The notes under the pieces: generated by a model | The model's input: the letters and a program-made list of their open reading frames with translations, nothing else | Told to the model about the DNA's origin: nothing | Databases searched by the model: none | In this document: positions 1-10,900 of the stretch, in pieces | Position numbering within the stretch: position 1 is the first letter of the stretch | Layout: each line of letters begins with the position of its first letter | Program-made: the position numbers and the translations under genes | Source of the DNA: Rhodanobacteraceae bacterium | GTDB lineage: Bacteria > Pseudomonadota > Gammaproteobacteria > Xanthomonadales > SZUA-5 | Assembly: GCA_043737435.1 (NCBI GenBank) | Contig: JAYTAO010000283.1 | Coordinates: forward strand, 1 to 24,934 | Reading direction: 5' to 3' | Length of the DNA: 24,934 bases

Positions 1-17
1 GCGACGGTTTTATTCAT
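1..17 (-). CDS. Possible 5' end of the gene downstream of gshB (MNKTVA..., runs off the window edge)
   Basis: On the minus strand ATG AAT AAA ACC GTC GC starts at 17, 13 nt after the gshB stop. Only 5 full codons are visible. A TonB-family gene often follows gshB in this context, but that cannot be verified here. Confidence 0.3.
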
Positions 18-30
18 TAGGAAGTCACTT

Positions 31-978
31 TCACTTTAGCCGCTGCTCTAGCGCGTCAAAAAGTGCTCCTGCAATATTAATTCCGTACGCTCGATCCAAT
101 TCGCGAATGCAGGTTGGGCTAGTCACGTTCACCTCGGTTAAGTACTCACCAATGACGTCTATACCGACGAAATATAATCCGCGGCGGCGCAATTCTGGCC
201 CAAGCTGGGCTGCGATCCAACGATCCCGCTCCGTAAGCGGTTGTGGCACACCGATGCCGCCACGCGCCAAATTGCCACGAAATTCGTCTCCTTGAGGAAC
301 CCGTGCGAGTGCATAAGGAATAGGTTCGCCATCAATCAGCAATATTCGCTTATCGCCATGTTTAATTTCCGGTAAAAATTGTTGCACCAGCGCAAGTTCG
401 GTGCCCTCATGCGTTAGTGTTTCAAAGATTACATTTAAGTTCGGATCAACGTTTGAAACACGAAAAATAGCCGAGCCCCCCATGCCATCAAGAGATTTTG
501 CTACGGCTTGGCCATGCTCCAACACAAACTCTTTGAGCAATTTAGCGTCGCGAGCTACCAAGGATTTTGGACAGCATTGTGGAAAATGTAGTGCAAATAG
601 TTTTTCGTTCGCATCGCGAACGGATTGCGGTTTATTCACGACGAGCGCTCCCTGCGCTTCCGCCAAATCTAAAATGTGCGTGTCGTGCAAATATTGCGTG
701 TCGAAAGGTGGGTCTTTGCGCGACAAAATAATCGACATATCGCCCAATTCAATGGATTGTGCTGCGTCAAGGTGAAACCAAGCGTCTTTATTATCGAAAA
801 CATCTAGTACCTGGGCGAGCGCACATGCGCGACTGTTTTTGATATAGAGGCTTTCTTGGAGCAAATAATGCAGGGTGTAGCCGCGTCTTTTGGCCTCGAG
901 CAACATCGCGAAACTAGAATCTTTGTAAATCTTGATTTTTTCGATCGGATCCATAAGGACCGCAAGAGCACGCTGCAT
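31..978 (-). CDS. gshB: Glutathione synthetase (prokaryotic ATP-grasp type), 315 aa
   Basis: N-terminal MDPIEKIKIYKDSSFAMLLEA, RKDPPFD, ANEKLF, LDGMGG, GDKRILLIDGEP, RGNLARGG and EVNVTSPTCIRE are GshB signatures. The divergent gshB/pilG arrangement is established synteny. Confidence 0.97.
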   Translation of the reverse strand: MQRALAVLMDPIEKIKIYKDSSFAMLLEAKRRGYTLHYLLQESLYIKNSRACALAQVLDVFDNKDAWFHLDAAQSIELGDMSIILSRKDPPFDTQYLHDTHILDLAEAQGALVVNKPQSVRDANEKLFALHFPQCCPKSLVARDAKLLKEFVLEHGQAVAKSLDGMGGSAIFRVSNVDPNLNVIFETLTHEGTELALVQQFLPEIKHGDKRILLIDGEPIPYALARVPQGDEFRGNLARGGIGVPQPLTERDRWIAAQLGPELRRRGLYFVGIDVIGEYLTEVNVTSPTCIRELDRAYGINIAGALFDALEQRLK

Positions 979-1331
979 GTAATGAATCCGTGTGAGATAA
1001 ATCTAATTGACGCAAGGCGGGCAAAAGTAGGGATCGCAGTATCCTCAAAAGCGGCCGTCATGCATGGCTTTTGCAAAATCCTACGAGTAGTATCGCTGAA
1101 GTTCCGGTGAAATGAATCGTGAGACTTGCGTTCAGTTGGTGGATATCGCCTAAGTTTGGCAAACACTTAGAACATAGTCTTGAGAAACAGCTGCAGCTGC
1201 GTAAAGCTCGTGTTAACGTTGGGCTTGACGAAGCGTCTGCGTCGCGCGAAATGCTTTTGAGTGGTTTTTAAGCAGTTGCTTGATCTTCTCAATAATTTGT
1301 TTAGTGGTGGATTGAATTTTTTGGGGTGCCT

Positions 1332-1733
1332 ATGGACGATCTAATCGAAAAAAGCGGTATGGCCGGCCTTCGAGTCATGGTAATTGACGATAGTAAAACG
1401 ATTCGGCGAACCGCTGAAACGTTATTGAAAAAAGAAGGTTGCGATGTAGTTACTGCGGTCGATGGATTTGAAGCGCTCGCGAAAATTGCCGACCAACAAC
1501 CGCAAATCATTTTTGTCGACATCATGATGCCCAGGCTAGATGGTTATCAAACCTGCGCGCTGATCAAAAGCAATAGCCAATTTAAGGCGGTGCCAGTAAT
1601 TATGTTATCCAGTAAGGATGGTCTTTTTGATAAAGCGCGTGGACGTATCGTGGGTTCTGAGCAATATCTCACCAAGCCATTCACTCGCGATGAACTGCTT
1701 GGCGCAATTCGTCGTTATGTAGCTTTCGGGTAA
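1332..1733 (+). CDS. pilG: Twitching motility response regulator PilG (single REC domain)
   Basis: VMVIDDSKTIRRTAETLL, IFVDIMMPRLDGYQTCALIK and MLSSKDGLFDKARGRIVGS are diagnostic of PilG. ATG 1332 is preferred over GTG 1326 because GGGGTG lies just upstream of it. Confidence 0.96.
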   Translation: MDDLIEKSGMAGLRVMVIDDSKTIRRTAETLLKKEGCDVVTAVDGFEALAKIADQQPQIIFVDIMMPRLDGYQTCALIKSNSQFKAVPVIMLSSKDGLFDKARGRIVGSEQYLTKPFTRDELLGAIRRYVAFG

Positions 1734-1742
1734 AAGTTCGCT

Positions 1743-2108
1743 GTGGCGCGTGTGCTAGTCATTGACGATTCCCTAACTGATGTTCGGTTGTTGACCGTAT
1801 TATTAGAGCGTAACGGTTTTGACGTAGTGAGCGCGGCAAACGCGACTGATGGGATAGTGCTTGCGCGTGCGCAGCAGCCCGATTTGATTTTGATGGACGT
1901 GATCATGCCGGGTACCAACGGCTTTCAAGCTACACGCATGCTAAGCAAAGACCCCGAGACAGCAGCCATCCCCGTGATTATCGTAACCACAAAAAACATG
2001 GAAGCGGATCGCCTTTGGGGTCTCAGGCAAGGCGCACGCGATTTCGTAACCAAACCCCCCAACGAGCGCGACTTGATATCGCGCATTAACCGTTTGCTGC
2101 AGGCTTAA
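1743..2108 (+). CDS. pilH: Twitching motility response regulator PilH (single REC domain), GTG start
   Basis: VLVIDDS, LILMDVIMPGTNGFQATR, IIVTTK and DRLWGLRQGARDFVTKP match PilH. It lies 9 nt after pilG. Confidence 0.95.
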   Translation: MARVLVIDDSLTDVRLLTVLLERNGFDVVSAANATDGIVLARAQQPDLILMDVIMPGTNGFQATRMLSKDPETAAIPVIIVTTKNMEADRLWGLRQGARDFVTKPPNERDLISRINRLLQA

Positions 2109-2113
2109 AGCTT

Positions 2114-2671
2114 ATGACAATTTCCTCTGAGACGTCCGAACCCAAAACAGCCTTTGAAATTTTGCTCGACTATGAAAAGCGAAGTTTGGAACACGTCGCA
2201 GGTGTTCCGGAGCAGCTCGAAGCACCGGGTCTGTGGCGAGGAATCGGTTTTCGACTCGGGGACATTTACTTGGTCAGCAGCATTTCAGAAGTGAATGAAA
2301 TTCTGCGTGTGCCTACCGTTACCAATGTGCCAGGCACCAAAGCTTGGATGCTTGGCATTGCCAATGTGCGTGGGAATTTGTTACCGATAGTGCACCTGCG
2401 CGGACTTCTGGAAGGTGAGACATACAAAGCGGTCGATACCGCACGTGTTCTGTCAATTAAACAAGCTGGCGGCACGATAGGTTTGATTGTTGATGAAGTG
2501 CTTGGTCAGCGCAGCTTTGTCGACGAAAACAAGCAAAATAATAAGACCTACTTAGACAGCCCTATAAATTCTCATCTTTCGCATGAATATGTTGCGGGAA
2601 CAATGAGTTGGGGCGTTTTTAGTATGGCGTCACTCATTAAAGAGCCTGAGTTTTTACAGGCGGCAGCGTAG
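2114..2671 (+). CDS. pilI: CheW-like adaptor PilI, 185 aa
   Basis: WRGIGFRLG and VPGTKAWMLGIANVRGNLLPIVHL (CheW core), plus its position between pilH and the MCP. Confidence 0.93.
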   Translation: MTISSETSEPKTAFEILLDYEKRSLEHVAGVPEQLEAPGLWRGIGFRLGDIYLVSSISEVNEILRVPTVTNVPGTKAWMLGIANVRGNLLPIVHLRGLLEGETYKAVDTARVLSIKQAGGTIGLIVDEVLGQRSFVDENKQNNKTYLDSPINSHLSHEYVAGTMSWGVFSMASLIKEPEFLQAAA

Positions 2672-2696
2672 ATTTTCTAATCGATCGGTTTTAGGT

Positions 2697-2703
2697 TAAG
2701 GAG
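2697..2703 (+). promoter_or_regulatory. Strong Shine-Dalgarno for pilJ (TAAGGAG)
   Basis: TAAGGAG ends 9 nt upstream of the pilJ ATG at 2713. Confidence 0.75.
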
Positions 2704-2712
2704 AGTTGGCAT

Positions 2713-4758
2713 ATGAGTACTCCAGCAGGTGGATTACAGCAGCGCGAATCGCAAACACTGAACGCAATCCTCGGGATTGTTTTGGCATTGTCATTATTAT
2801 TCTTGTTCGTCAATTTCTTCTTGGCAAATAAAAGAAATACCGAGGATCGCGGCGCCATTGCGGCGATCAATGAAATCCAGGTGCGCTCCCAGCAAATTGC
2901 GAAATTTGCCGCGGAGGCAGCTGGCGGTAATTTGGCAGCGTTCGCAGCGTTACAAGACACTCGGGATCAGATCGACGCCCGCGTTACCGCGCTTACCGCG
3001 GGCAGCGATGGAGTCAAATTCCCGGCAGTGCCAAAAATCGAACAGAATCTAGAGGTGCAGGGCAAAGTAAAACTGCTCGGTGACTCTTGGAATCGAGTTA
3101 AAAAGAATGCCAATGATATTTTGACCCGGCGTTCAAACGTCGGCGATTTCACTGACAATGCGGTACGTTTTCTCGAGCGAATTGCGCCGTTATCGGTACG
3201 TTCGGATCAACTGGCAAAATCACTTGCGGATGTCAGCGCCCCACAAGATCAAATCTATGTTGCGTCGCGGCAAGTGGCAATCGCCGAACGGATTATTCGG
3301 CGCCTAACGGAAATCCAAGCCGCGGGTGAAAATGCATCATCGGCACGCGACGGATTCTTGCGAGATTCCCAGCAGTTTGGACGTACGATGGACGGACTGC
3401 AGAACGGCAACCCTGAGCTCAGTATCTCGCAAGTACGAAATGCAGAAGGTTTACAAATTTTGCAAGAAGTGAAGACCATTTATACCGACGTCAGTGGTTT
3501 CGTGGATGCGATTACCAAAGGCTCAGACGCCGTTTTCGCAGTGAAAGAGTCGTCCGGTGATTTGTTTTTAAACTCTGCCACGCTGTTGACTCGCGCGCAG
3601 GAGGTCGAAAAGGCCTTTTCATTGCAACCCAATAACCGCGTCCTACCTTCGGTGTTGGCATCCGTGGTTTCCGGCGTCTTAGCCCTGTTTTCGGTGGTGG
3701 GGTTGTTGCTTTTAAATTATAGAGATCAGCAACGCCGATACAAAGTAACCGCCGATTTGAATCAACGAAACCAAGAAGCTATTTTGCGATTGCTCGATGA
3801 AATGGGCAGCTTAGCAGAAGGCGATTTGACCGTCCGCGCAACAGTTACCGAAGACATCACCGGCGCGATTGCAGACTCGATCAACTTTGCGGTTGAAGCA
3901 TTACGGTCATTGGTGACGACGATTAATGAAACCGCTGTGCAGGTGGCGGCAGCTGCGCAAGAAACGCAGGCAACCGCAATGCATCTGGCAGAAGCAGCCG
4001 AGCAGCAAGCGCAGCAAATTACATCCGCATCTGCGGCAATTAATGAAATTGCGGTCTCAATCGATGAGGTATCGAAAAACTCTGCGGAATCCGCTGACGT
4101 GGCGCAACGCTCGGTGCAAATCGCAGGCAAAGGTGCTGCGATTGTGCGTCAGACAATTCAAGGCATGGACAACATTCGCGATCAGATTCAAGAAACGTCA
4201 AAACGTATTAAGCGCTTGGGTGAAAGCTCGCAAGAAATTGGTTCCATCGTCGAACTGATTAACGACATCGCGGAACAAACAAACATTCTCGCGCTAAACG
4301 CTGCTATTCAAGCAGCATCAGCCGGAGACGCCGGTCGCGGGTTCGCAGTGGTGGCCGATGAAGTGCAGCGTCTTGCTGAGCGCGCGTCTAACGCGACAAA
4401 GCGAATTGAAACCCTGGTGCAAACAATTCAATCAGATACCAACGAAGCCGTCACCTCAATGGAGCAAACCACGGCCGAAGTGGTTGCCGGTGCGCGACTT
4501 GCAGAGGATGCTGGTTTGGCGCTGGGTGAAATTGAAAAGGTATCAAACGATTTGGCCGATTTGATTCAAAATATTTCTGAAGCTGCGCGTCAACAATCGG
4601 CGGCTGCGACGAATATTTCGGCAACCATGAACGTGATTCAAGAAATTACGACGCAGACGTCGGTAGGTGCATCACAGACGGCGGAATCGATTGGTAACTT
4701 GGCCCAGCTGGCTGCCGATTTACGTCGCTCAGTTGCCGACTTCAAGCTGCCGAGTTGA
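2713..4758 (+). CDS. pilJ: Methyl-accepting chemotaxis protein PilJ, 681 aa
   Basis: Two hydrophobic TM segments ([20 protein letters not shown]; [23 protein letters not shown]), a HAMP-like region (EGDLT...[10 protein letters not shown]), the MCP hairpin tip [39 protein letters not shown], and the PilJ-type C-terminus VADFKLP. Confidence 0.96.
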   Translation: MSTPAGGLQQRESQTLNAILGIVLALSLLFLFVNFFLANKRNTEDRGAIAAINEIQVRSQQIAKFAAEAAGGNLAAFAALQDTRDQIDARVTALTAGSDGVKFPAVPKIEQNLEVQGKVKLLGDSWNRVKKNANDILTRRSNVGDFTDNAVRFLERIAPLSVRSDQLAKSLADVSAPQDQIYVASRQVAIAERIIRRLTEIQAAGENASSARDGFLRDSQQFGRTMDGLQNGNPELSISQVRNAEGLQILQEVKTIYTDVSGFVDAITKGSDAVFAVKESSGDLFLNSATLLTRAQEVEKAFSLQPNNRVLPSVLASVVSGVLALFSVVGLLLLNYRDQQRRYKVTADLNQRNQEAILRLLDEMGSLAEGDLTVRATVTEDITGAIADSINFAVEALRSLVTTINETAVQVAAAAQETQATAMHLAEAAEQQAQQITSASAAINEIAVSIDEVSKNSAESADVAQRSVQIAGKGAAIVRQTIQGMDNIRDQIQETSKRIKRLGESSQEIGSIVELINDIAEQTNILALNAAIQAASAGDAGRGFAVVADEVQRLAERASNATKRIETLVQTIQSDTNEAVTSMEQTTAEVVAGARLAEDAGLALGEIEKVSNDLADLIQNISEAARQQSAAATNISATMNVIQEITTQTSVGASQTAESIGNLAQLAADLRRSVADFKLPS

Positions 4759-4896
4759 ACGGGCAGAGTCCTTATATGGTTCAATTTTTGCTTCCGTTTG
4801 CTTCTAATGATCCGCTGCAAAAGGCCAAAGTACAGTTCTCCCGTTGGGTTTATGAAAATTTCTGATTGTTCCTTAACATCAAACTGTTTATTCCTT

Positions 4897-4941
4897 AGCT
4901 ATCCTCACTGTAGCTATTCTTACCCGAGCTATTCCTCTCCA
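4897..4941 (+). repeat. Three 15-bp-period direct repeats starting AGCTAT, directly upstream of the chpA RBS
   Basis: AGCTATCCTCACTGT (4897), AGCTATTCTTACCCG (4912), AGCTATTCCTCTCCA (4927). The putative SD AGGGGG is at 4941-4946 and the ATG at 4953. Confidence 0.6.
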
Positions 4942-4952
4942 GGGGGCTGCCA

Positions 4953-7900
4953 ATGAACGATCCAAATGATATTGATTTCACCACGCTTAACTGGGTAAAG
5001 CAGGAGCTTGATGAAACCCTCAAACAAGCCCGGCAGGCGCTTGAGGCGTACGTAGAGGATCAATCCGACAAAACTCAGTTGAAATACTGCTCAACCTATA
5101 TGCATCAAGTGCAGGGCACTTTGCGTATGGTTGAGCTGTACGGCGCGGCGATGGTCGTGGAGGAGATGGAAAAAGTTACGCTGGCAATCGTTGATGGCCA
5201 GATCAAGCAAACCGATGACATGCTTGAAGTGATCATGCGCGGCCTGGTGCAAATGCCAGATTATCTTGGCCGGTTGCAGGGCGGGCATCGAGATATCCCG
5301 ATCGTGTTGCTACCCTTATTGAATGATTTGCGTGCATGCCGTAGCGAAAAGCTGTTGACTGAAACGGCGCTGTTTTCGCCCAACCTGAATGTTGGATTGC
5401 CCAGCTCAGCGGTGGGTGCTAACGAGGCAACCCCAGCCGCAGCCATGCGTGCAAGTGCGAGTAAATTGCGATTGGCATATCAATTTGGCTTACTGAAATG
5501 GATTAAGGGTGATGATGTTGATGGCAATCTCGGGCGGCTGATTGCTATTTTGGATCGCTTGCGATCAATGAGCGTGCAAGTTGATGCACGACGTCTTTGG
5601 TGGATTGCCAGCGGTGTAGTTGAAGGCGTTTTATTGAAAGCGCTGGAGCCAAGCGTAGCGGTGAAGCTGTTGTACGGTAGGCTAGATCGGGAAATCAAAC
5701 GTATAGTCGATATCGGTGAGGCGGATTTTGACCGTTTAGCGCCAGTGGAGCTTACAAAAAGTTTGTTGTATTACGCAGCGCATTCGGAAAACAAAGGCCC
5801 TCGTATCGCGGAGATTAAACAGCTTTACAAGCTGGAAACTCTGCTTCCTACTCAGTCTGAAATCGAACACGCCAACAGCGCTTTAAGCGGCAGAAATAAA
5901 GCACTGCTAGACACCGTGGGCGCGGCGATTAAAGAAGACATCATGCGCGTTAAAGACGGGCTTGATATGTTTTTGCGGGGCCCTCAATCAAACGTGGGTG
6001 ATCTGGCAACCCAAGGCGAAACTCTGCAACGCGTGGCAGATACTTTGGGTGTACTTGGCTTGGGGATTCCACGCAAGGTAGTTATTGAACAACGCGATAT
6101 CATCACCAACATTATCGTAGGAAAACTAGCGGCTGAGGAACAAGCTCTGCTTGATGTAGCGGGCGCGCTTCTGTTTGTGGAGTCGTCGCTTGACGATTAT
6201 ATTGACCGTTTAGGCCAGGGGCAAAACGATCAGCTAGCGAATGCTGCAACACTTAAAGGCTTGGAGCTGCCTCAAGCTGAAGTGCGCCGCATTCTTGATG
6301 CAACGATGAAAGAAGCTACGATTAATCTGTCTCAAGCGAAACAAGACATTGTTGCGTTTATAGAATCGCCGTGGGATCACGGAAAGATCGAAGGAATTCC
6401 TAAGCTTTTAGAAGAAATCTCCGGGGCGTTACGCATGTTGAATATGCCCGAGCCCGCCGAATTAAATGATGGCGTCACCCGATTTATTGAAGTCGAGTTG
6501 CTCAAACACAGACGTGTACCAACTTCTGAGCAGCTTGATCTTATGGCGGATGCTCTAGCTAGTATTGAGTATTACCTTGAGGCTATCCGCGAAGCTCGTC
6601 CCAATCGTGATCGTATCTTGGAAGTGACGCGTCGTAGTCTTGAAGCACTTGGTTACTGGCCCGTTCCCGACCCAAACGCATTGGGTACCGCCGGATCCTT
6701 GGATGGCGCGCCTGCTTCAAATGAGTTTGTTGCGTTTCCCGATGATTTCCAAGCGTCGCGTATCGACTCGTTTGCATTAGAGCCAATCGTCACTAAAAAC
6801 GAGCGTCCCTATGCGCAAGATAATGAACCAGTGCTTTCGCTATCTGATATCCCCTTGACCGAAGTTGCAGCAATGGCAGCAACGCCTCTAGATACCGAGT
6901 TGGATCTGAGCGGATTTGTGCTCATTGAAAGCGCTTCAAAGAGTGCAGATTGGCAGTCTGAAATGGAGCTGCCCACCCTCGCAGAGTTGACGGCACCCGC
7001 TGGGATTTCGGTTGCTGAGGTAGTAAATTCCGCTGAATCAAATGATGTCGTTGAATCGCAGCAGCCTGTTATTTCTTCGAATGAAGAGATTCCGGTTCAG
7101 GAGATTGTTGAGCTAGACACTGGAATTTCAGATGCTGACAGTGCGTTCAGTGATTTTGATTTATCAATGTTGGATCAGGAGCCTGCAGACAGTAATGTTG
7201 TTGACTTCCCTGATTTTAACGATTTAGACAGTTCTTCGGTGAACGAAAGTGTTTTCGTTAGCGCAGAACTTCAACAACTTGACGCGTTTGCCGAGCCTGA
7301 TCTTGCGCAAGCTGAGGTTGATGTCTTCAGTCTTGATGGGTTGATTGGTGAGGACTTTGCAGCTGAAGTAGTTTTAAATGCGCAACCAACTGTTGCGGCA
7401 ATTTCTGTTGAGGAGCCTGCATTTGACTTCAGTGCATTGGAGTCAGAGCCAACCCTGCCTGAGCCGGAAATTGTCGCAAGCGAAACGACATTTGATGTAG
7501 CGGCCTTGGAAGCGTTTGAATTTGAGCTGCCAAAAGTCGATGTGCCGGTAATTCAAAAAGTTGAAAGTCCGGCAAAGAAAACTGATCACCCTTCGATCTC
7601 ATCTGGTTTCCAGATGGTCCCTTCAGACGACATTGATGATGAAATTCGCGAAGTCTTTGTTGAAGAAGTACAGGATGAACTATTTGGGTTGGCGAAGTCA
7701 CTTCCCGCATGGAAGGCGGATCAAAATGACTTTGAAAAATTAAAACCGGTCCGACGTTCATTTCACACTCTTAAAGGCAGCGGTCGTTTGGTGGGTGCAC
7801 TCGCAATGGGCGAGTTCAGTTGGAAAATCGAGAATATGCTGAACCGTGTTCTCGACAAAACGATACCCGTCAGCCCGGCGGTGCTGGCTTGTTTAGATGA

Positions 7901-10900
7901 GGCAATTGCGGTGTTGCCGCAGCTGCTTTCCGGGCTAAAAGGTGAAGGCAATCCGACCGGCAATATCGGCGGAATTATGTACGTCGCTGACCGAATTTCC
8001 GCCGGGGAGGAAATCTTTCTCCCAAAAAATGAGCCCGTCCCGACTGCAGAGCATGCGACCGAAGTTTTGGTTGCCACTCAGGCGGCGGCGGGCGCTGTAC
8101 CTCTGGATGAGCGAGTTCAGATTGAAGTTGTAAATGTGTTTCCGGAAAAGCTACCTGAGAAAAATTTGTTGGCAGAGACAAGGGAGAGTGTTGAAGCGCC
8201 CCAGCAAATGGGCGAATTTGCCAGCCTTTTGGGCGAGAATGTTGTAGAAATCGAAACTCCTGTATCTGCAGACGTCGTCGGTGTGACGGGCGAATACGAG
8301 GTGGTCGGAGGAAATTCATTTGACGTTGTTGAGGGAGCCCCTGAGCAGTTAGGACATAGTTCGCCAGGTCTACCGGATGCACTTGCAAACGACCCTGTGC
8401 TGATCGATATTCTTAAGAGTGAATCTGCGTCTCACGTCACGGTGATTCGCGCTTACGTAGCCCAAGTACGACAATCGGGGGCAAACAGTCCTGTTAGCGA
8501 AGCACTTCTGCGCGCTGTTCACACGTTAAACGGCGCGATTGCAATGGTTGATTTGCCATTTGTTTCAAACGTGCTGGCGCCACTCGAGGGATATCTAAAA
8601 AGGCTTAAGAATACCACTGGGTTTGTTGACGATCGGGGTATAGAGGCGCTTTCCAGCACCGGCGATCTTGTCGAGCGAATGATCAAAGGTATTGAGTTGG
8701 GCGACGTTTCTAATATAGATTCGACGGAATTGGAGCACGTTGTCATTGGGCTACGTGACAATTTGCCCGAGCCCGAAGTACAGCTTTTCCACAGCATGCT
8801 TGGGGACGATTTTGATTCAAGCGTTTTGGATACGGAATTGTCTGAAGAAATCGATATAGAGCCCGCGCTTCCTACTGCGCAGTCGCCATGGTCGGATAAT
8901 AATTCGAAAATAGCATTGCCACTTCCAGAGTTGAACCTTTCTGTTGAGCAACCGATTGCAGAGTTGGAGCGACCGGTTGAAGACTTAGAGCCGGCGATTG
9001 CCGTTTCGGAACTTCCGATTGCACAGTTGGAGCCACCTATTGCAGAGTTGGAGCTATCCGCCATAGACTCTTTAGAAAATGCAGAGCGTGATCAAGCTCT
9101 TGATATCTCTGGCTCCAGCACTCTGGATATGGACGATTTGGAACTTTATTCGGTTTCTGATTTGAGCGAATATGATTTGCCCGACCAAGTTTCCCTTGGT
9201 GTGGATGGCGAATTATTAGGGCGTAGCGAACGCTTGGTTGCAGATCTTGCGCGTTTAGAGGAGCAGGCCTTTGCTCCAATAACCGCGGATGAGATTGGCG
9301 CAAGGGCGAGTGATGTCTCCAATGACCAAGCAAAACTATTAGAAGTTGAGATACTAGATCTGACTTTTTTGGATGATGCCATCGAGCCAACGGCAGCGTC
9401 GCCGCATCAGTCTTACAGCGCTGAGTCAGATTTCGCAGTGCCTGTTTCAGCACCGGACCCCGACATTTTTGCAGATCTGTCATTTTTTGAAACGTACACG
9501 GAAACCCCGTTGATCGAAACTGAGAATTTTATTCCAATTTTGGTTGACGATATCCCTACCGAAAAGCACGAACAAGAGCTTATCGGACTGGACGAGTTGT
9601 CAGCATCCGAAAGCTCAGATGCATTCTCCGAGTTGGATGTTGCAAATTTAGATACCCAGGACGCGTTCGCAGATCTGGGTCTATTTGACGAACTGGAAAT
9701 CAGTGACTTTAATTCTGCTAGCCCCGCTTCAAACAAAGCAGCCAATTCTTCTGCAACCGAGCCTCAAACAACAGAATTGGTCGATAACTTAAAGCCGTTA
9801 TTTGGCCAGATCAGGACTGACTTTGCGAATTTAAATACGTTGGATCTAGCTTCGCTTGATCCCTCAGTGAGTGAAGATGATCTAGATGGCGAAGTTTTTA
9901 GCCTTTCGGAAAAACCGCGCCTAGACGATTTAAACGTTGAATCCGTCGCGGACTTAGAATCATTATTTTCGGACGACTTAGACGATTTTTTGACCGCACC
10001 CGTTAACGAAGTTTTGCCTCATCGCGAAACCTCCGAACAAATGATGCCTGATGTTGATGCAGGGCAAGTTTTAGCGCCTGTCGAACACTCTAATTTTCTC
10101 GATTTAGATACTAAATTGTTTGAACCAGTCTCAGTGACGCATGATACCGCCGCATTGATTGATTCCGCTATTGAGACGAGTTTGGCGGAAGCGCGAGCTG
10201 TTAGCTCAATCATGGCCCAACGAGTTGTGCCAATCGTCTCAGACTTTGATCCGCCTGGGCCATTGGTCTTAGCCGATCCAGACGAGGAACTACTTGAGAT
10301 CTTCGTTCAAGAGGGTGCAGACATCCTGGATACGTCTGACAATATGATGGCAAGGCTGCGTGAGACACCTAACGATTTTGACATCGTGGTCGGGTTGCAG
10401 CGCGAATTGCACACCCTCAAGGGTGGCGCACGGATGGCGGGCGTCAACCCCATTGGTGATTTGAGTCACTCAATGGAATCCCTGTTCGAAGCCATCGTTG
10501 ATAAGCGCGCAAATAATTCGGTTGTCACAATGGAAGCGCTAGAACGCTCTTTTGATCGCCTACATCAAATGGTTACACGTGTAGGAAAACGACAAGCGAT
10601 TGGGCAACCTGTCAATATCATTGCACGCTTAGATGCGCTGTTGGATGGCGATGATGACCAGTTCATCGTGGCACCCGACGTGTCCGCGCCCGCAGATCTT
10701 TTACCGGTAGAGCCCTCTGCGCGCGCAACTGTATTGCCCGCTTCCCCAGTCAGCACCGGAAAGACTGAACCTGCGCCTCAGGCAGCAACGGCCAAATCGG
10801 CTCCCGAAGCTGCTCCTCGCGCTGAGCGAAAAACAGCTTTGGATGAGGATGACGGTGGGCAGCGACAGCAGCAAGAGTCGATACGTGTGCGTGCTGATTT

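Noticed and set aside
804-1166. ORFs 804..1166 (-) and 856..1110 (+) spanning the gshB start and the promoter region
   Set aside because: They overlap a confident gene, have no recognisable motifs and show shadow-ORF composition.
1188-1199. Perfect 12-bp palindrome CAGCTGCAGCTG in the gshB-pilG intergenic region
   Set aside because: It is a low-complexity (CAGCTG)2 with no loop or U-tract, and a single occurrence gives no functional support.
1326-1331. GTG start for pilG given in the ORF track
   Set aside because: The GTG is part of the likely SD for ATG 1332. The difference is only two residues.
8024-8032. In-frame A_AAA_AAT heptamer in chpA with a -1 frame TGA immediately after
   Set aside because: No convincing downstream hairpin or upstream SD, and A_AAA_AAT is a weak site. 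It is a useful negative control for the dnaX cassette.
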